64,000 nucleotides of DNA from NCBI GenBank assembly GCA_965248055.1, contig CBDFIJ010000004.1, positions 2,240,001 to 2,304,000 on the forward strand, read 5' to 3'. The notes beneath the pieces were generated by a model. The model searched no databases and was not told where the DNA came from. It saw only the letters and a program-made list of their open reading frames with translations. The translations under genes and the position numbers were made by a program. Position 1 is the first letter of the stretch, and every line of letters starts with the position of its first letter. The DNA comes from Candidatus Multivoradales bacterium. GTDB lineage: Bacteria; Acidobacteriota; Thermoanaerobaculia; Multivoradales; JAHEKO01. Shown here one piece after another: positions 19,616 to 29,209 of the stretch.

Positions 19616-21856
19616 ATGCTTGTTTCCAAGCGCCTTGTCTGCAGTTCGTTGGCTCTTATTCTCACCGCGTTAGCCGCTAGCGTCGTTGCGTTCGCAGATG
19701 AGATCAAGACTGAACATGCTCTTTGGGTTGGTGGAGACCCAGAGGCCGTTGTGACAGTGATTTTTGGGGAATCTACTGCTGGAGATCCTGGTTGGATTTT
19801 CGAAGGGAAAAGGTCGCAACTTGGTGCGCAACGGAGCAGATGGACTGGGCGGCCCGCGACGTGTCCACAAGCGTACTTCTGCAGCTACGTAGACGATGGC
19901 ACTCAGGGCCGACTCGTCGTTGATGATGCAAAGGCTCTCGAGCTAGTTCTGCAGCCTCCGACGGACGAAAACCCTAGAGAGGGAGGCGTGTTGGTGGAGG
20001 CTCTGCTCAACAATATTCAGGGAAGAAGTGCGTTCGTGCGGGTGCATGAGTTTAAAATTGGCGAACCGACCGCAGAGTTTTCGTTCCCTGCTACTTCGGA
20101 GGTTCTTAGGGTCTCAGCTGAGGGGTTTGCGCCCACTTACCAAGTGCTCGTTGAGCACGAAGCGGCTACAAGCCGGCTGACAATTCCACTCCGGCGAGCT
20201 GGCACGGTTTCAGGGTGGGTGATTGATTCCAGCGAAGAGTCTCCATGGAGTGTCGTGGCAGTACCAGAGGGAGATCCGGTCGGTTCTGTTGAGACCGCAC
20301 CTGCTTTGGCTACAGCCACTCAGGACGGTGGGTTTTTCTCAATACACGGACTCGCTGCTGGTATCCACAAGCTGGTATTGCAGCACTTTGAAAAAAGAGT
20401 TCATGTAGTAGTCGGAACGGTCCGGGTGACGGAAGGCGAAGAGGTCAATGTCGGTCTTGTCGAGACACCAGTTCCTATTGAGCATGTCGTCTTTGCATTT
20501 ACCTCCGAAGAAAGTGTTGGGAGTCCCAAGGATTGGGAAATCCAGATTGTCTCGTTAGGGCAAAGTAAGCTAACCATGTCGTCGCGCTTTGATGAACTGG
20601 GACAAGCTTCACTCGATGACGTATACCCCGGTACCTACAACTATTATCTACGTTTACCTCACGGCAATACCTTTCAATCAGGTTCTATTGAGATTGATGA
20701 GGGTCGCGCCTTTCATTCCATTGATCTGCGTGTAGCGAAAGTGTTTGGAGTCGTCACAAACGCGGGAGGAGATCCTGCCACTGCAGAGCTACGTGTAGGA
20801 AACGGCTCAGGACCACTGATTTCCACTCAAACTGATGCTAGTGGCTACTACGAAGTTCTTATTCCGTATCCAGATCGCCGACTAGTTGTAGCCCAAGTGA
20901 CACCGACGCTTGGCGACAACATGTTCTGGGAGTCGATCTCTGATGTCGATGTCGAAGCAGACGGCATCACAGTCAATCTTGAGATTCCTTCGTTTGCACT
21001 CGATGTGGTGGTCGTCGACAGTTCTGGTTTGCCAGTAGCAAATAGCCAGGTTATAGCGAAAGACAAAGGGGGGCTGGGTGTACTGGCGGAAACCAACCAA
21101 GAAGGGGGTGCGCGGGTGCGTCACCTTCGCGAGGGTGAGTATTCGGTTCGGGCTCGCACAGATGAGGCGCAATCAAACGTGGTACAAGTGACCGTATCTA
21201 AGACGAGCCCATCTTCGCCCATCCGTCTTACGCTGAGAACTGACGACACCATTAGTGTACTGCTTAGCGACGCGTTTGGAACTCCCCTACGAGCAGCCGT
21301 CGTATTCGCTTCGTTTGACGGGATACCGGTGTCAAAACGCGTCAGTTCCGGGATGGATGGATGGGTGAAGATCCCTGCGCCTGCTTCCGCAAGTAGCGTA
21401 AGCTTGGTTGTCCTTTCCGCCAGATCCGGAGCTATTGCGACGAGCTGTGTGTCGGTAGATCGAAACGGCGACGGTTCACTTACTTTCCCGTCTGGGGGCA
21501 CAGGCACCATAGTGTTTGCGCCCCCCAGTGATGCCGCATCTGCTGAATTGTATGTTGCCCAGCTACTTATGACGGGACTCACGACACCTCAAGGTGGATT
21601 CCTGTCGTTGCAGCATTTCGACGAGTGGGCTCGCATAACCGGGCAAGCATTTGACATTCGAAGCTTGTTGCAGGGTGGGCGCCGTCTGTCAATTCACGGG
21701 GTCGCAGAGGGATTGTACGCGCGAAGTCATAGTCATCATGGATGCATTGCAGCACCTGCTGAACCCTGGGGTGCAGTAGGCAACGGCCAAGAGTTGGTAA
21801 TTCGGGCGACGCCGCAAGAGGAGGCGGGCCTGACAAAGAAAGGAGATCCAGTATGA
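19616..21856 (+). CDS. Secreted protein with several carboxypeptidase-regulatory-like/Cna-B-type Ig domains
   Basis: Signal peptide; repeats TQDGGFFSIHGLAAG, TDASGYYEV, TNQEGGARVRHLREGEY. Confidence 0.8.
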   Translation: MLVSKRLVCSSLALILTALAASVVAFADEIKTEHALWVGGDPEAVVTVIFGESTAGDPGWIFEGKRSQLGAQRSRWTGRPATCPQAYFCSYVDDGTQGRLVVDDAKALELVLQPPTDENPREGGVLVEALLNNIQGRSAFVRVHEFKIGEPTAEFSFPATSEVLRVSAEGFAPTYQVLVEHEAATSRLTIPLRRAGTVSGWVIDSSEESPWSVVAVPEGDPVGSVETAPALATATQDGGFFSIHGLAAGIHKLVLQHFEKRVHVVVGTVRVTEGEEVNVGLVETPVPIEHVVFAFTSEESVGSPKDWEIQIVSLGQSKLTMSSRFDELGQASLDDVYPGTYNYYLRLPHGNTFQSGSIEIDEGRAFHSIDLRVAKVFGVVTNAGGDPATAELRVGNGSGPLISTQTDASGYYEVLIPYPDRRLVVAQVTPTLGDNMFWESISDVDVEADGITVNLEIPSFALDVVVVDSSGLPVANSQVIAKDKGGLGVLAETNQEGGARVRHLREGEYSVRARTDEAQSNVVQVTVSKTSPSSPIRLTLRTDDTISVLLSDAFGTPLRAAVVFASFDGIPVSKRVSSGMDGWVKIPAPASASSVSLVVLSARSGAIATSCVSVDRNGDGSLTFPSGGTGTIVFAPPSDAASAELYVAQLLMTGLTTPQGGFLSLQHFDEWARITGQAFDIRSLLQGGRRLSIHGVAEGLYARSHSHHGCIAAPAEPWGAVGNGQELVIRATPQEEAGLTKKGDPV

Positions 21857-22218
21857 GAAGGACGTTATTATTAGGCTTCGTAGTTGGGTTCGTTGTGATT
21901 CTCGGCGCACCGAACTCGCCCGTGGAGGCTACTTGCTTCAATTGTGAGCCGACGACAATTTGTTCGTGGGGATATGAATGCGTGACAGCCAGCGGCCCGG
22001 GAGCGGAGGGCGACCTTTGCGAGCAGACGATTATTTTTATTAACAATAGCTCATATTGCCTCTGCCGTTTTCTCGGTTGGTGCGACGACCAATGGGCAAA
22101 CGGCGAGGCTGGAACTTCCTGCGCGGCAGCTGCTGAAACCCAACCTATTGACGCCTGCAGTATTGAGGGGGGAGTAGGTTTCGCTGCCTGCGAATCGAAT
22201 AGCCAGATGGTCACCTAA
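21853..22218 (+). CDS. Small secreted cysteine-rich protein
   Basis: AAGGAG RBS; ATGA overlap with the upstream stop; signal peptide ending VEA; 11 Cys. Confidence 0.8.
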   Translation: MRRTLLLGFVVGFVVILGAPNSPVEATCFNCEPTTICSWGYECVTASGPGAEGDLCEQTIIFINNSSYCLCRFLGWCDDQWANGEAGTSCAAAAETQPIDACSIEGGVGFAACESNSQMVT

Positions 22219-22413
22219 CCAGCCCTGACTCGCCCAGTTGAACGCTGGGATTCTAGGCTGTCTTACTTGCAGTTCGGCACTGAATGATCGGGACGGTTGG
22301 CCGCCGATGAGTAGTGTCAGGTGAGCGTGGAAGTTGTGCAGGATAGAGAATCGTCTGCTGAAAACGTGGGCGAGAACTTCCGCGCGGGAACGGGGTCGCT
22401 TCAGTGGCACACT

Positions 22414-22552
22414 CATGGCACAGTTGACTCAAGAAACGACGATTCATGCCAACACTTGCCAACAACGTTGATGTGGGCAAGTAGTTGATGTAATTGTGGT
22501 TACGAGTTGACGTTTGTTGGGATCTGTTGGTTCCGAGCAATCTTCAAAACCG
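22414..22552 (+). repeat. attP-like arm plus core, copy 2 (right junction)
   Basis: Same motifs and the same 90-bp arm-to-core spacing as copy 1; not followed by tRNA sequence. Confidence 0.8.
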
Positions 22553-22729
22553 CTGCCAGTCAACCTTTCGGCTGGCTGGGATCACACTAAAGTCTTCGGT
22601 TCGTTGCCGCTCACCGCGACTCCTTTCGCGGCTCTGATCTTGAGCGGAATCTTATGCCTGATCTTGGCTGCGTTGGCTCACTCTCGAGTCCGTTTCCAGG
22701 TGGTGCGCGCACGAAGCGGAAAGCGATGA
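22553..22729 (+). pseudogene. C-terminus of a sortase target protein (TIGR03788-like)
   Basis: PVNLSAGWDHTKVFG-LPLTAT, then a transmembrane helix and basic tail; directly upstream of a sortase. Confidence 0.75.
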
Positions 22730-23201
22730 TCCGGATCGGTCTTCTGGTGGTTGGGCTGGGTTACTTGGCCCATGGCTTCTGGTTGTCACTGAAGGCTGAA
22801 GTGGCTCAGGTGCTGCTGGATCGAGCGTGGCAACAGACGATTCAGGGAACCCATCAAACGCCTCCCTGGCCGTGGGCCGATACCTGGCCGGTCGCGCGGA
22901 TTAAGGTACCCAGACTGAAGATTGATCAGGTAGTGCTGGCCATGTGGCGCTTACGGGACATCGCGATACTCATTTCCGTTTCCTCCAATATCTTCGTCCG
23001 GGAGAGGCCCTGAGCTTGCAGTCGATCGACGGTACCTGGAAACACTACGTCGTTGAGAGGTCCCAGGTGGTCGATCAAGAAGCAGTCGAAGTCTTGGCGC
23101 CAACGGACATTCCAACCTTGACCCTGGTGACCTGCTACCCGTTTGATCGGTTGGCGGTCGGTGGGCGTCAGCGATTCATCGTTCGGGCGGTCGGCGAGTG
23201 A
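22726..23201 (+). pseudogene. Class GN sortase (TIGR03784-like), internally deleted and frameshifted
   Basis: KAEVAQVLLDRAW...PWPWADTWPVAR in one frame; GHRDTHFRFL and TLVTCYPFD in another. Confidence 0.85.
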
Positions 23202-23369
23202 GTCGCGGAGTCCGTGTCGCGCTCGCCTGACTGGGGTACAGAGGGTTGATCACCGCGTAGGCGCACTCTTCGCATGTTATTCTGAGCCTTGTTGTGGATG
23301 GAATGCGAGTGACGAAGGCCGCTGATGTGGTCGAGCGGAGCCTAGTTTGACCGGGTCACTCGAAGGGAG

Positions 23370-23942
23370 ATGATGATGGCTACGACCGTTTACATGGCCT
23401 GTGCCGCGATTGGTGGAGCGGTGTTGATCATCCAGATGTTTTTACTTCTGATCGGCGGCGATATCGACGCTGACATGGACATGGACATGGACATGGATAT
23501 TGACGACGCCGATGCTGGGGATGGGTCTTTTAGTCTGTTGTCGATCCGTGCGGTTACCGGATTTTTGACGTTTTTCGGATTGGTCGGCTGGTGGGGATCG
23601 GTCGAAGGCTGGGGACAAACTAAGACTCTGTTGGCAGCCTTGGGATCCGGCTTGGTGATGATGGTCGCTATTGCCTGGTTGTTCTCGCTACAGCGGCGCC
23701 TTCACTCGGAGGGCAACGTGGACTTTCGCAACGTGGTTGGACTGACCGGAAAAGTCTATCTGCGGATTCCAGGACACAAGACAGGAAACGGCAAGATCAC
23801 GGTCGCGATTCAAGGCCGGTCGATGGAATTTCTGGCGCTTACCAGTGGGGAGGAGATTCCCACAGGTAGCGATATCCGCGTGGTTGCGATGACCACCGAA
23901 GGGACCTATGAAGTTGAGCCACTAGATGGCCACGGAGGATGA
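23370..23942 (+). CDS. NfeD-like membrane protein
   Basis: Transmembrane helices, acidic loop with (GACATG)x4, C-terminal OB-like GKVYLRIPG; coupled to flotillin. Confidence 0.85.
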   Translation: MMMATTVYMACAAIGGAVLIIQMFLLLIGGDIDADMDMDMDMDIDDADAGDGSFSLLSIRAVTGFLTFFGLVGWWGSVEGWGQTKTLLAALGSGLVMMVAIAWLFSLQRRLHSEGNVDFRNVVGLTGKVYLRIPGHKTGNGKITVAIQGRSMEFLALTSGEEIPTGSDIRVVAMTTEGTYEVEPLDGHGG

Positions 23943-25606
23943 TTCTGATGTTGAGCACTCTGATATTGAACGCAATGAGCTTGTCCGCAATCTCGCTGTT
24001 GGGCGGCATATTTCCGCTATTGATTGTCTTAGCGGCGCTGCTGATCGTCGCAGGTTTTGTGATGGCAATCGCACGGCGCTATCGAAGGTGTCCCAGTAAC
24101 CGCATCTTAGTGGTCTATGGACGCACCAGCGCCGGACAGTCGGCGAAATGTGTCCACGGTGGCGGAACCTTTGTCTGGCCGTTGATTCAGTCCTTCGACT
24201 TTTTGGACTTGGACCCGATTCAAATCGAAATCCCCCTAGAAGGGGCGTTGTCGATGGAAAACATCCGGGTGTCGGTACCCAGTGTGTTTACCGTTGCGAT
24301 TGGCACCGACACAGTGACCATGAATAACGCCGCCATTCGCCTGCTTGGTTTGCAAACTCAAGAGATCATGAAACAGGCGGAAGACATCATTTTTGGTCAG
24401 CTTCGGCAGGTGATCGCTTCGATGAAGATTACCGAGATCAATCGCGACCGTGACGTTTTTCTGGAGAAGGTGCAGCAATCGCTGGAGCCGGAACTGGCGA
24501 AGATCGGTTTGGTGTTGATCAACGTCAACATCAAGGACATCACCGACGCTTCGGGTTACATCGAAGCGATTGGTCGCAAGGCAGCGTCGGAAGCGGTCGA
24601 GCAAGCCAAAATCGACGTTTCTGAACAAGAAAAGAGAGGCTCGATTGGTGTCGCGGAAGCCAACCGCGAGCAGGAGGTCGAAGTCGCCAACGCCGAGAAG
24701 TTTCGGGATATCGGCACTAAGGAAGCCGAACGCGAGCGAGCGGTACGCCTGGCTGATCTCGACAAAGAGAAAATTGTTGGAGAGCAGGCTGCGGCTTTCG
24801 AACGGGATGCGCAGGTCAAGGACTCTGAACGGGAAATGCGGGTACAGGTTGCCAGCGCAAACGCCAAAGCGGTCGCTGGTGAGAACTTAGCCAAGGCAGA
24901 GATCGCCACTGTCAACGCCGACCTCAAAGTTAAGGAAGCGGACGCGATGCAGCGCGGTGAGACCCGACGCCGAGAGGCTGAGGCGGCGGTTCGTGAGGCT
25001 CAGTATCGAGCCGAGGCTAAGGCTGCAGTTGCCGAGGCTGAAAAGGTTGAGGCCGAGAAGCGCGCCGAGTTGGAGTCGCTCGCTCGGGCGGTGAAAGCGC
25101 AACAGGTGGTGCAGGCAGAAGCCGACGCTGAGCAACAGCGAATTCGCGCGGAAGGTGAGGCGGCTGCGATCTTCGCGCGGCTGGACGCCCAAGCCAGGGG
25201 TGAATTTGAAGTCTTGGCAAAGAAGGGCCTCGGTATGCGGGAGATTATCGAGAGCTGTGGTGGCTCGAAAGAGGCGTTCCAGATGTTGATGTTGGAACAC
25301 ATCGACCACATTTCGGAGACCGCCGCGAGCGCAATCGCCAATATTAAGTTCGACAAAGTTGTGGTGTGGGACGGGGGTCAAGGAAATAGTGAGAACTCTG
25401 GGACCGCCGGGTTCGTGCGTAGCCTGGCTAGCGCACTGCCTCCCGCCCTGCAGTTGATGAGAGATATCGGTGGTGTCGATATGCCCGAATACTTCGGGAA
25501 GATTTTGGCGGACGAGCAAGCAACGCCCAGTGGAAAAGACGAAGCTGTCGATTCCGAGGCTAACTCTGTCGAAGACGGTTGCGCGGAGACAGAAGAACCG
25601 GAGTAA
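23939..25606 (+). CDS. Flotillin/SPFH-domain protein
   Basis: RYRRCPSNRILVVYG, SPFH core, AEA-rich coiled coil. Confidence 0.92.
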   Translation: MILMLSTLILNAMSLSAISLLGGIFPLLIVLAALLIVAGFVMAIARRYRRCPSNRILVVYGRTSAGQSAKCVHGGGTFVWPLIQSFDFLDLDPIQIEIPLEGALSMENIRVSVPSVFTVAIGTDTVTMNNAAIRLLGLQTQEIMKQAEDIIFGQLRQVIASMKITEINRDRDVFLEKVQQSLEPELAKIGLVLINVNIKDITDASGYIEAIGRKAASEAVEQAKIDVSEQEKRGSIGVAEANREQEVEVANAEKFRDIGTKEAERERAVRLADLDKEKIVGEQAAAFERDAQVKDSEREMRVQVASANAKAVAGENLAKAEIATVNADLKVKEADAMQRGETRRREAEAAVREAQYRAEAKAAVAEAEKVEAEKRAELESLARAVKAQQVVQAEADAEQQRIRAEGEAAAIFARLDAQARGEFEVLAKKGLGMREIIESCGGSKEAFQMLMLEHIDHISETAASAIANIKFDKVVVWDGGQGNSENSGTAGFVRSLASALPPALQLMRDIGGVDMPEYFGKILADEQATPSGKDEAVDSEANSVEDGCAETEEPE

Positions 25607-25666
25607 GCAGATGGTGGGGCTGGACGAACCAACTCTCAGCACGACGCCCTGGCGGACTCCGAGCCG

Positions 25667-26146
25667 TTAGTCTGAGTCGCCGGTGACGATTGCGTCCTTG
25701 GTGGTCGCGACAATTGCAACCAATTCGTTGGTCTCCGCTTCAGGAATCTCGTATTTGGCGAGCACGCCTAGAAAAATCTCCACCATGCGGCCCCATTCTG
25801 CTTCCGTGATGTTCAGGTGAGCGTGGGCTTCGTCCATCCCCAGACCGGTGTAGGCGCAGGGGCCACCGGTTGCCTGACAAACCATGGCGGTGACTTGGTA
25901 CTTCAGGTAGGCGGCAGGGACGCGCTCCCTGGCGGCGTCAACGGCTTCGTTTTGGTTAATGAACTCGTCAGGAACCAAGATATCGACAAAATCGCTTACG
26001 ACCGCTGAGATGGCGGGTAGGCCACCAAGTCGGTCGTACAGTGAGGCGGCCTCTTGAGCCTCTTCTTCCTGCGCCCCGATACTGCCTCCCGTCATGTTAA
26101 GGACCACGAGGATGAGCAAAAAGACTTTGGATGGTTGTCGGTACAT
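25667..26146 (-). CDS. Group 1 truncated hemoglobin with signal peptide
   Basis: SLYDRLGG, GGPCAYTG and AHAHLNITEAEW motifs. Confidence 0.88.
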   Translation of the reverse strand: MYRQPSKVFLLILVVLNMTGGSIGAQEEEAQEAASLYDRLGGLPAISAVVSDFVDILVPDEFINQNEAVDAARERVPAAYLKYQVTAMVCQATGGPCAYTGLGMDEAHAHLNITEAEWGRMVEIFLGVLAKYEIPEAETNELVAIVATTKDAIVTGDSD

Positions 26147-26398
26147 GACGAATTTTCCTGTGCAATGCAACTTGGTTGACCCGGAGACGATGCGACTGTT
26201 GCCGAATAATCTCCCGCGGTCATACAAATCGCAAACTGGTTTCTAGGCCCACTGGCCAATGAACCTACGGCAACGATAGTGAATCGTAAGAGGCGAAGCA
26301 GCACTCATGGATGTCGAAACCGAAGTTCCATACGCGAAGAATGCATCGCGCCGAAGAGCTAGCTATTGGCGACAAGCGCTTCTGGTTGTCTGCTGACG

Positions 26399-27850
26399 CT
26401 AGTTGTCTGTTGGTCGATCAAGCATGGTCTTGGTGAACTCAACAAAGGTAAAGACGTCAGCGAAGTTGCTCGCGAGTCCGAGGGAGACACGTACCGCACC
26501 GGTACTCTTGCCGTCGATGCAGCGCTGAAAATCGACAAAAGTCATGTACTCGCCGCTGGCAAAACAGGTCACCAGTTCCGACTGATCAAGGCCGAGTGCA
26601 ATCTCGCCAGCTCCGGGATTGCAGAAGCATCCGGTGCGCAGAGAGATATTGTGCTGATTCGCAGCTTGTTCGACCAATTGGTGGTCGATGACTTGACCGT
26701 CGCAATCCAAAAAATTAACCGCAATGGCGCCCCCACGCTGCTTCATATCACTGGGTCCGTAGAACAAGAACAACGGAGTTCCGTTGGCGTGGCGAAGCTT
26801 CGACAGTTGCCCAAGTAGCCACGCGGTCAGCGCCTGAACCCGATTATGAATTGTCTCTACGCCGACTTGATTCAGGAAATCGAGTCCGATATCGACCGCC
26901 GGAAGGTTGGCATAGTCGAGAGTTCCGTCTTCAAAAGCAGCCGCTCCCCCGGCTGGCACATGGGCGTCCGCCTGCACCGAAGCAACTTCAATGGTGCCGC
27001 CAGCGAACCAAGGGCGATGCAGCTTCTCCAGCGCCGGCCACCGCGCGATCAGCGCTCCGACACCGGTCGGGTAGCCAAACATTTTGTAAAACGAAAGCGC
27101 TACGTAGTCCGGTTTATGGCGGGATAGATCGAGCCGGTTGGTCGGGACAAACGCCGCTGCATCCAGCAGCACATCCCAGCCTCGATCTTGCGCTAGTTGC
27201 ACCCACTTCAAAGGATGTTGTACGCCCGAAAAATTAGATTGAGCCGGGTAGGCAAATAGATTGTGCCGACCGGGTTCTCCGCGATCGAGAAAAGCGAGCA
27301 GGTCGGTTTCGCGCACCCGCATCTCAGGAGGTCGCACTGGGACGTAGGTTGTCGTCGCGCCGTGCGCCCGATCAAATTCCCGAATCCCATTGACCGAATT
27401 ATGATTGTCAAAAGTGAGCAGAAACTGATCACCAGGTTCGAATGGATACGATTCGCCGACCAGTTTGAGGGCCTGACTGGCATTGGCAGTAAAGATGACC
27501 GCGTACTCTTTTTCCGAGGCGCCAAAGAAGTCGAGAACCTTGCGCCGACATTGCTCTACGCCGTCAGTAGCGGTCAACGAGGTCGGGTTGCTGGAGTGGG
27601 GATTACCGAGCACACTTGTGAGCAAGAACTTGCCGTGCTCGCGAATCTGGCTCTCGCCGTAGAGACCGCCGCCGGTGTAGTCGAGGTAGATGTGGTGGGT
27701 GGCATCTAGTCGGGCGAATTCACTGTCGCGTAGCTGAGGAAAATCAGGGTTATCGAATCGAGGGTTTTGATCGGCGAATTCTTTCCGGGCAGCTACAAAT
27801 TCTCGCCCGCAGGGCGCGGATAGCTCTAGTTCAGCGGTACGGGTTACCAT
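26399..27850 (-). CDS. Class V PLP enzyme, stand-alone molybdenum-cofactor-sulfurase-like domain
   Basis: YLDYTGGG, GNPHS, SFYKMFGYPTG and LRTGCFCNPG motifs. Confidence 0.88.
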   Translation of the reverse strand: MVTRTAELELSAPCGREFVAARKEFADQNPRFDNPDFPQLRDSEFARLDATHHIYLDYTGGGLYGESQIREHGKFLLTSVLGNPHSSNPTSLTATDGVEQCRRKVLDFFGASEKEYAVIFTANASQALKLVGESYPFEPGDQFLLTFDNHNSVNGIREFDRAHGATTTYVPVRPPEMRVRETDLLAFLDRGEPGRHNLFAYPAQSNFSGVQHPLKWVQLAQDRGWDVLLDAAAFVPTNRLDLSRHKPDYVALSFYKMFGYPTGVGALIARWPALEKLHRPWFAGGTIEVASVQADAHVPAGGAAAFEDGTLDYANLPAVDIGLDFLNQVGVETIHNRVQALTAWLLGQLSKLRHANGTPLFLFYGPSDMKQRGGAIAVNFLDCDGQVIDHQLVEQAANQHNISLRTGCFCNPGAGEIALGLDQSELVTCFASGEYMTFVDFQRCIDGKSTGAVRVSLGLASNFADVFTFVEFTKTMLDRPTDN

Positions 27851-27864
27851 TGACAAATGGTAAC
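27843..27864. promoter_or_regulatory. Candidate bidirectional leaderless promoter
   Basis: GTTACCATT-GACA-AATGGTAAC; TACCAT lies at -12..-7 relative to each ATG. Confidence 0.65.
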
Positions 27865-29209
27865 AGCGCAGCGCGCCGGCGACGACCCGGTTACCCCGAA
27901 GCCAGGGCTCGGGCTCTGGATGTGTACCGCGTTGGTGGTCGGCAACATGATTGGTTCAGGGGTTTTCTTACTGCCCGCGTCGCTGGCCCGTTTCGGCGGC
28001 ATCAGCATCGTTGGTTGGATAGTGAGCGCCGCGGGAGCTGTGTGTCTGGCGCTAGTTTTCGCACGTCTCGGTGCGATCATGCCAAGAGTGGGTGGACCGT
28101 ACGCCTATGCTCGTGAAGGGTTCGGCGACTTTGTCGGTTTTTGGGTCGCGTGGTCGTACTGGATTTCAGTGATGACGACCAACGCCGCTTTGGCGGTCGC
28201 GTTCATCAGCTACTCGACGGTCTTTTGGCCGGCGCTGGGAGACTCACCGGCGATTGCTGCCATTGCCGCATTGGGAACCCTGTGGATCCTCACGCTTGTC
28301 AATGCCCGTGGGGTACGGGAAGCGGGTCAGGTCCAACTTGTCACGACCCTTCTCAAGCTACTTCCTCTGGCCGCCGTCGGGACCTTCGGTTTCCTATCGT
28401 TTCGCGCTGAGCACTTTCAGCCCTTCCATCCTTCGGCCGGAAGTCCGCTTAGCGCGGTGACCGCAACGGTGACGCTCACCTTGTGGGCCTTCTTGGGACT
28501 CGAATGCGGGACTATCCCCGCTGGCGATGTACGCAACCCTTCGCGAACGATTCCCCGGGCGACCCTGCTCGGCACAATCATTGCCGCGACCATCTACATC
28601 ATCTGTACGGTGGCGGTTATGGGAATTATCGCACCGGCAGAGCTCGCTCCATCGACGGCCCCTTTTGCTGATGCGGCAGGCTCGATTTGGGGATCGTGGG
28701 GACGCTGGATCATTGGAGCGGGTGCTGCCATCTCCTGTTTTGGTGCACTTAATGGATGGATTTTGGTTGCTGGCCAAGTGCCGCGTGCGGCAGCCTTGGA
28801 CGGGCTCCTGCCGGCTCGGTTCGAAAAATTGGGGCCGCGCGGGACCCCGGTATTCGGGTTGCTCTTTTCTAGCGTGATCGCAACCGTCCTAATAGCGATG
28901 AACTACACTCGAGGCCTTGTCCAGGCTTTCACGTTCTTGATCCTCTTGGCGACTCTTGCGACCTTGCTTCCATACGTGTTTGCCAGCATGACCGGGCTGA
29001 TTTTGGCGCTTCGTGAGCGCAAGACCTCACCAGAATCTGGTCGTGTGGCCGGTCGCATGGCCCTCAGCGTCTTGGCCTTTGGTTTCTCGCTCTGGGCAAT
29101 CGCTGGAGCGGGTCAGAGCACCGTGTACTGGGGCTTCATGTTGTTGGTGGCCGGAATTCCCGTCTATGTAGCAATGCGCTGGCGAGGCACAGGCGTGACC
29201 AGTGAGTAA
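27857..29209 (+). CDS. APC-family basic amino acid/polyamine antiporter-like permease
   Basis: GNMIGSGVFLLP and LWAFLGLE motifs; polytopic membrane protein. Confidence 0.92.
   Translation: MVTAQRAGDDPVTPKPGLGLWMCTALVVGNMIGSGVFLLPASLARFGGISIVGWIVSAAGAVCLALVFARLGAIMPRVGGPYAYAREGFGDFVGFWVAWSYWISVMTTNAALAVAFISYSTVFWPALGDSPAIAAIAALGTLWILTLVNARGVREAGQVQLVTTLLKLLPLAAVGTFGFLSFRAEHFQPFHPSAGSPLSAVTATVTLTLWAFLGLECGTIPAGDVRNPSRTIPRATLLGTIIAATIYIICTVAVMGIIAPAELAPSTAPFADAAGSIWGSWGRWIIGAGAAISCFGALNGWILVAGQVPRAAALDGLLPARFEKLGPRGTPVFGLLFSSVIATVLIAMNYTRGLVQAFTFLILLATLATLLPYVFASMTGLILALRERKTSPESGRVAGRMALSVLAFGFSLWAIAGAGQSTVYWGFMLLVAGIPVYVAMRWRGTGVTSE

Noticed and set aside
23472-23495. (GACATG)x4 as a contingency locus
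   Set aside because: In-frame repeat within the acidic low-complexity loop usual for NfeD-like flotillin partners.
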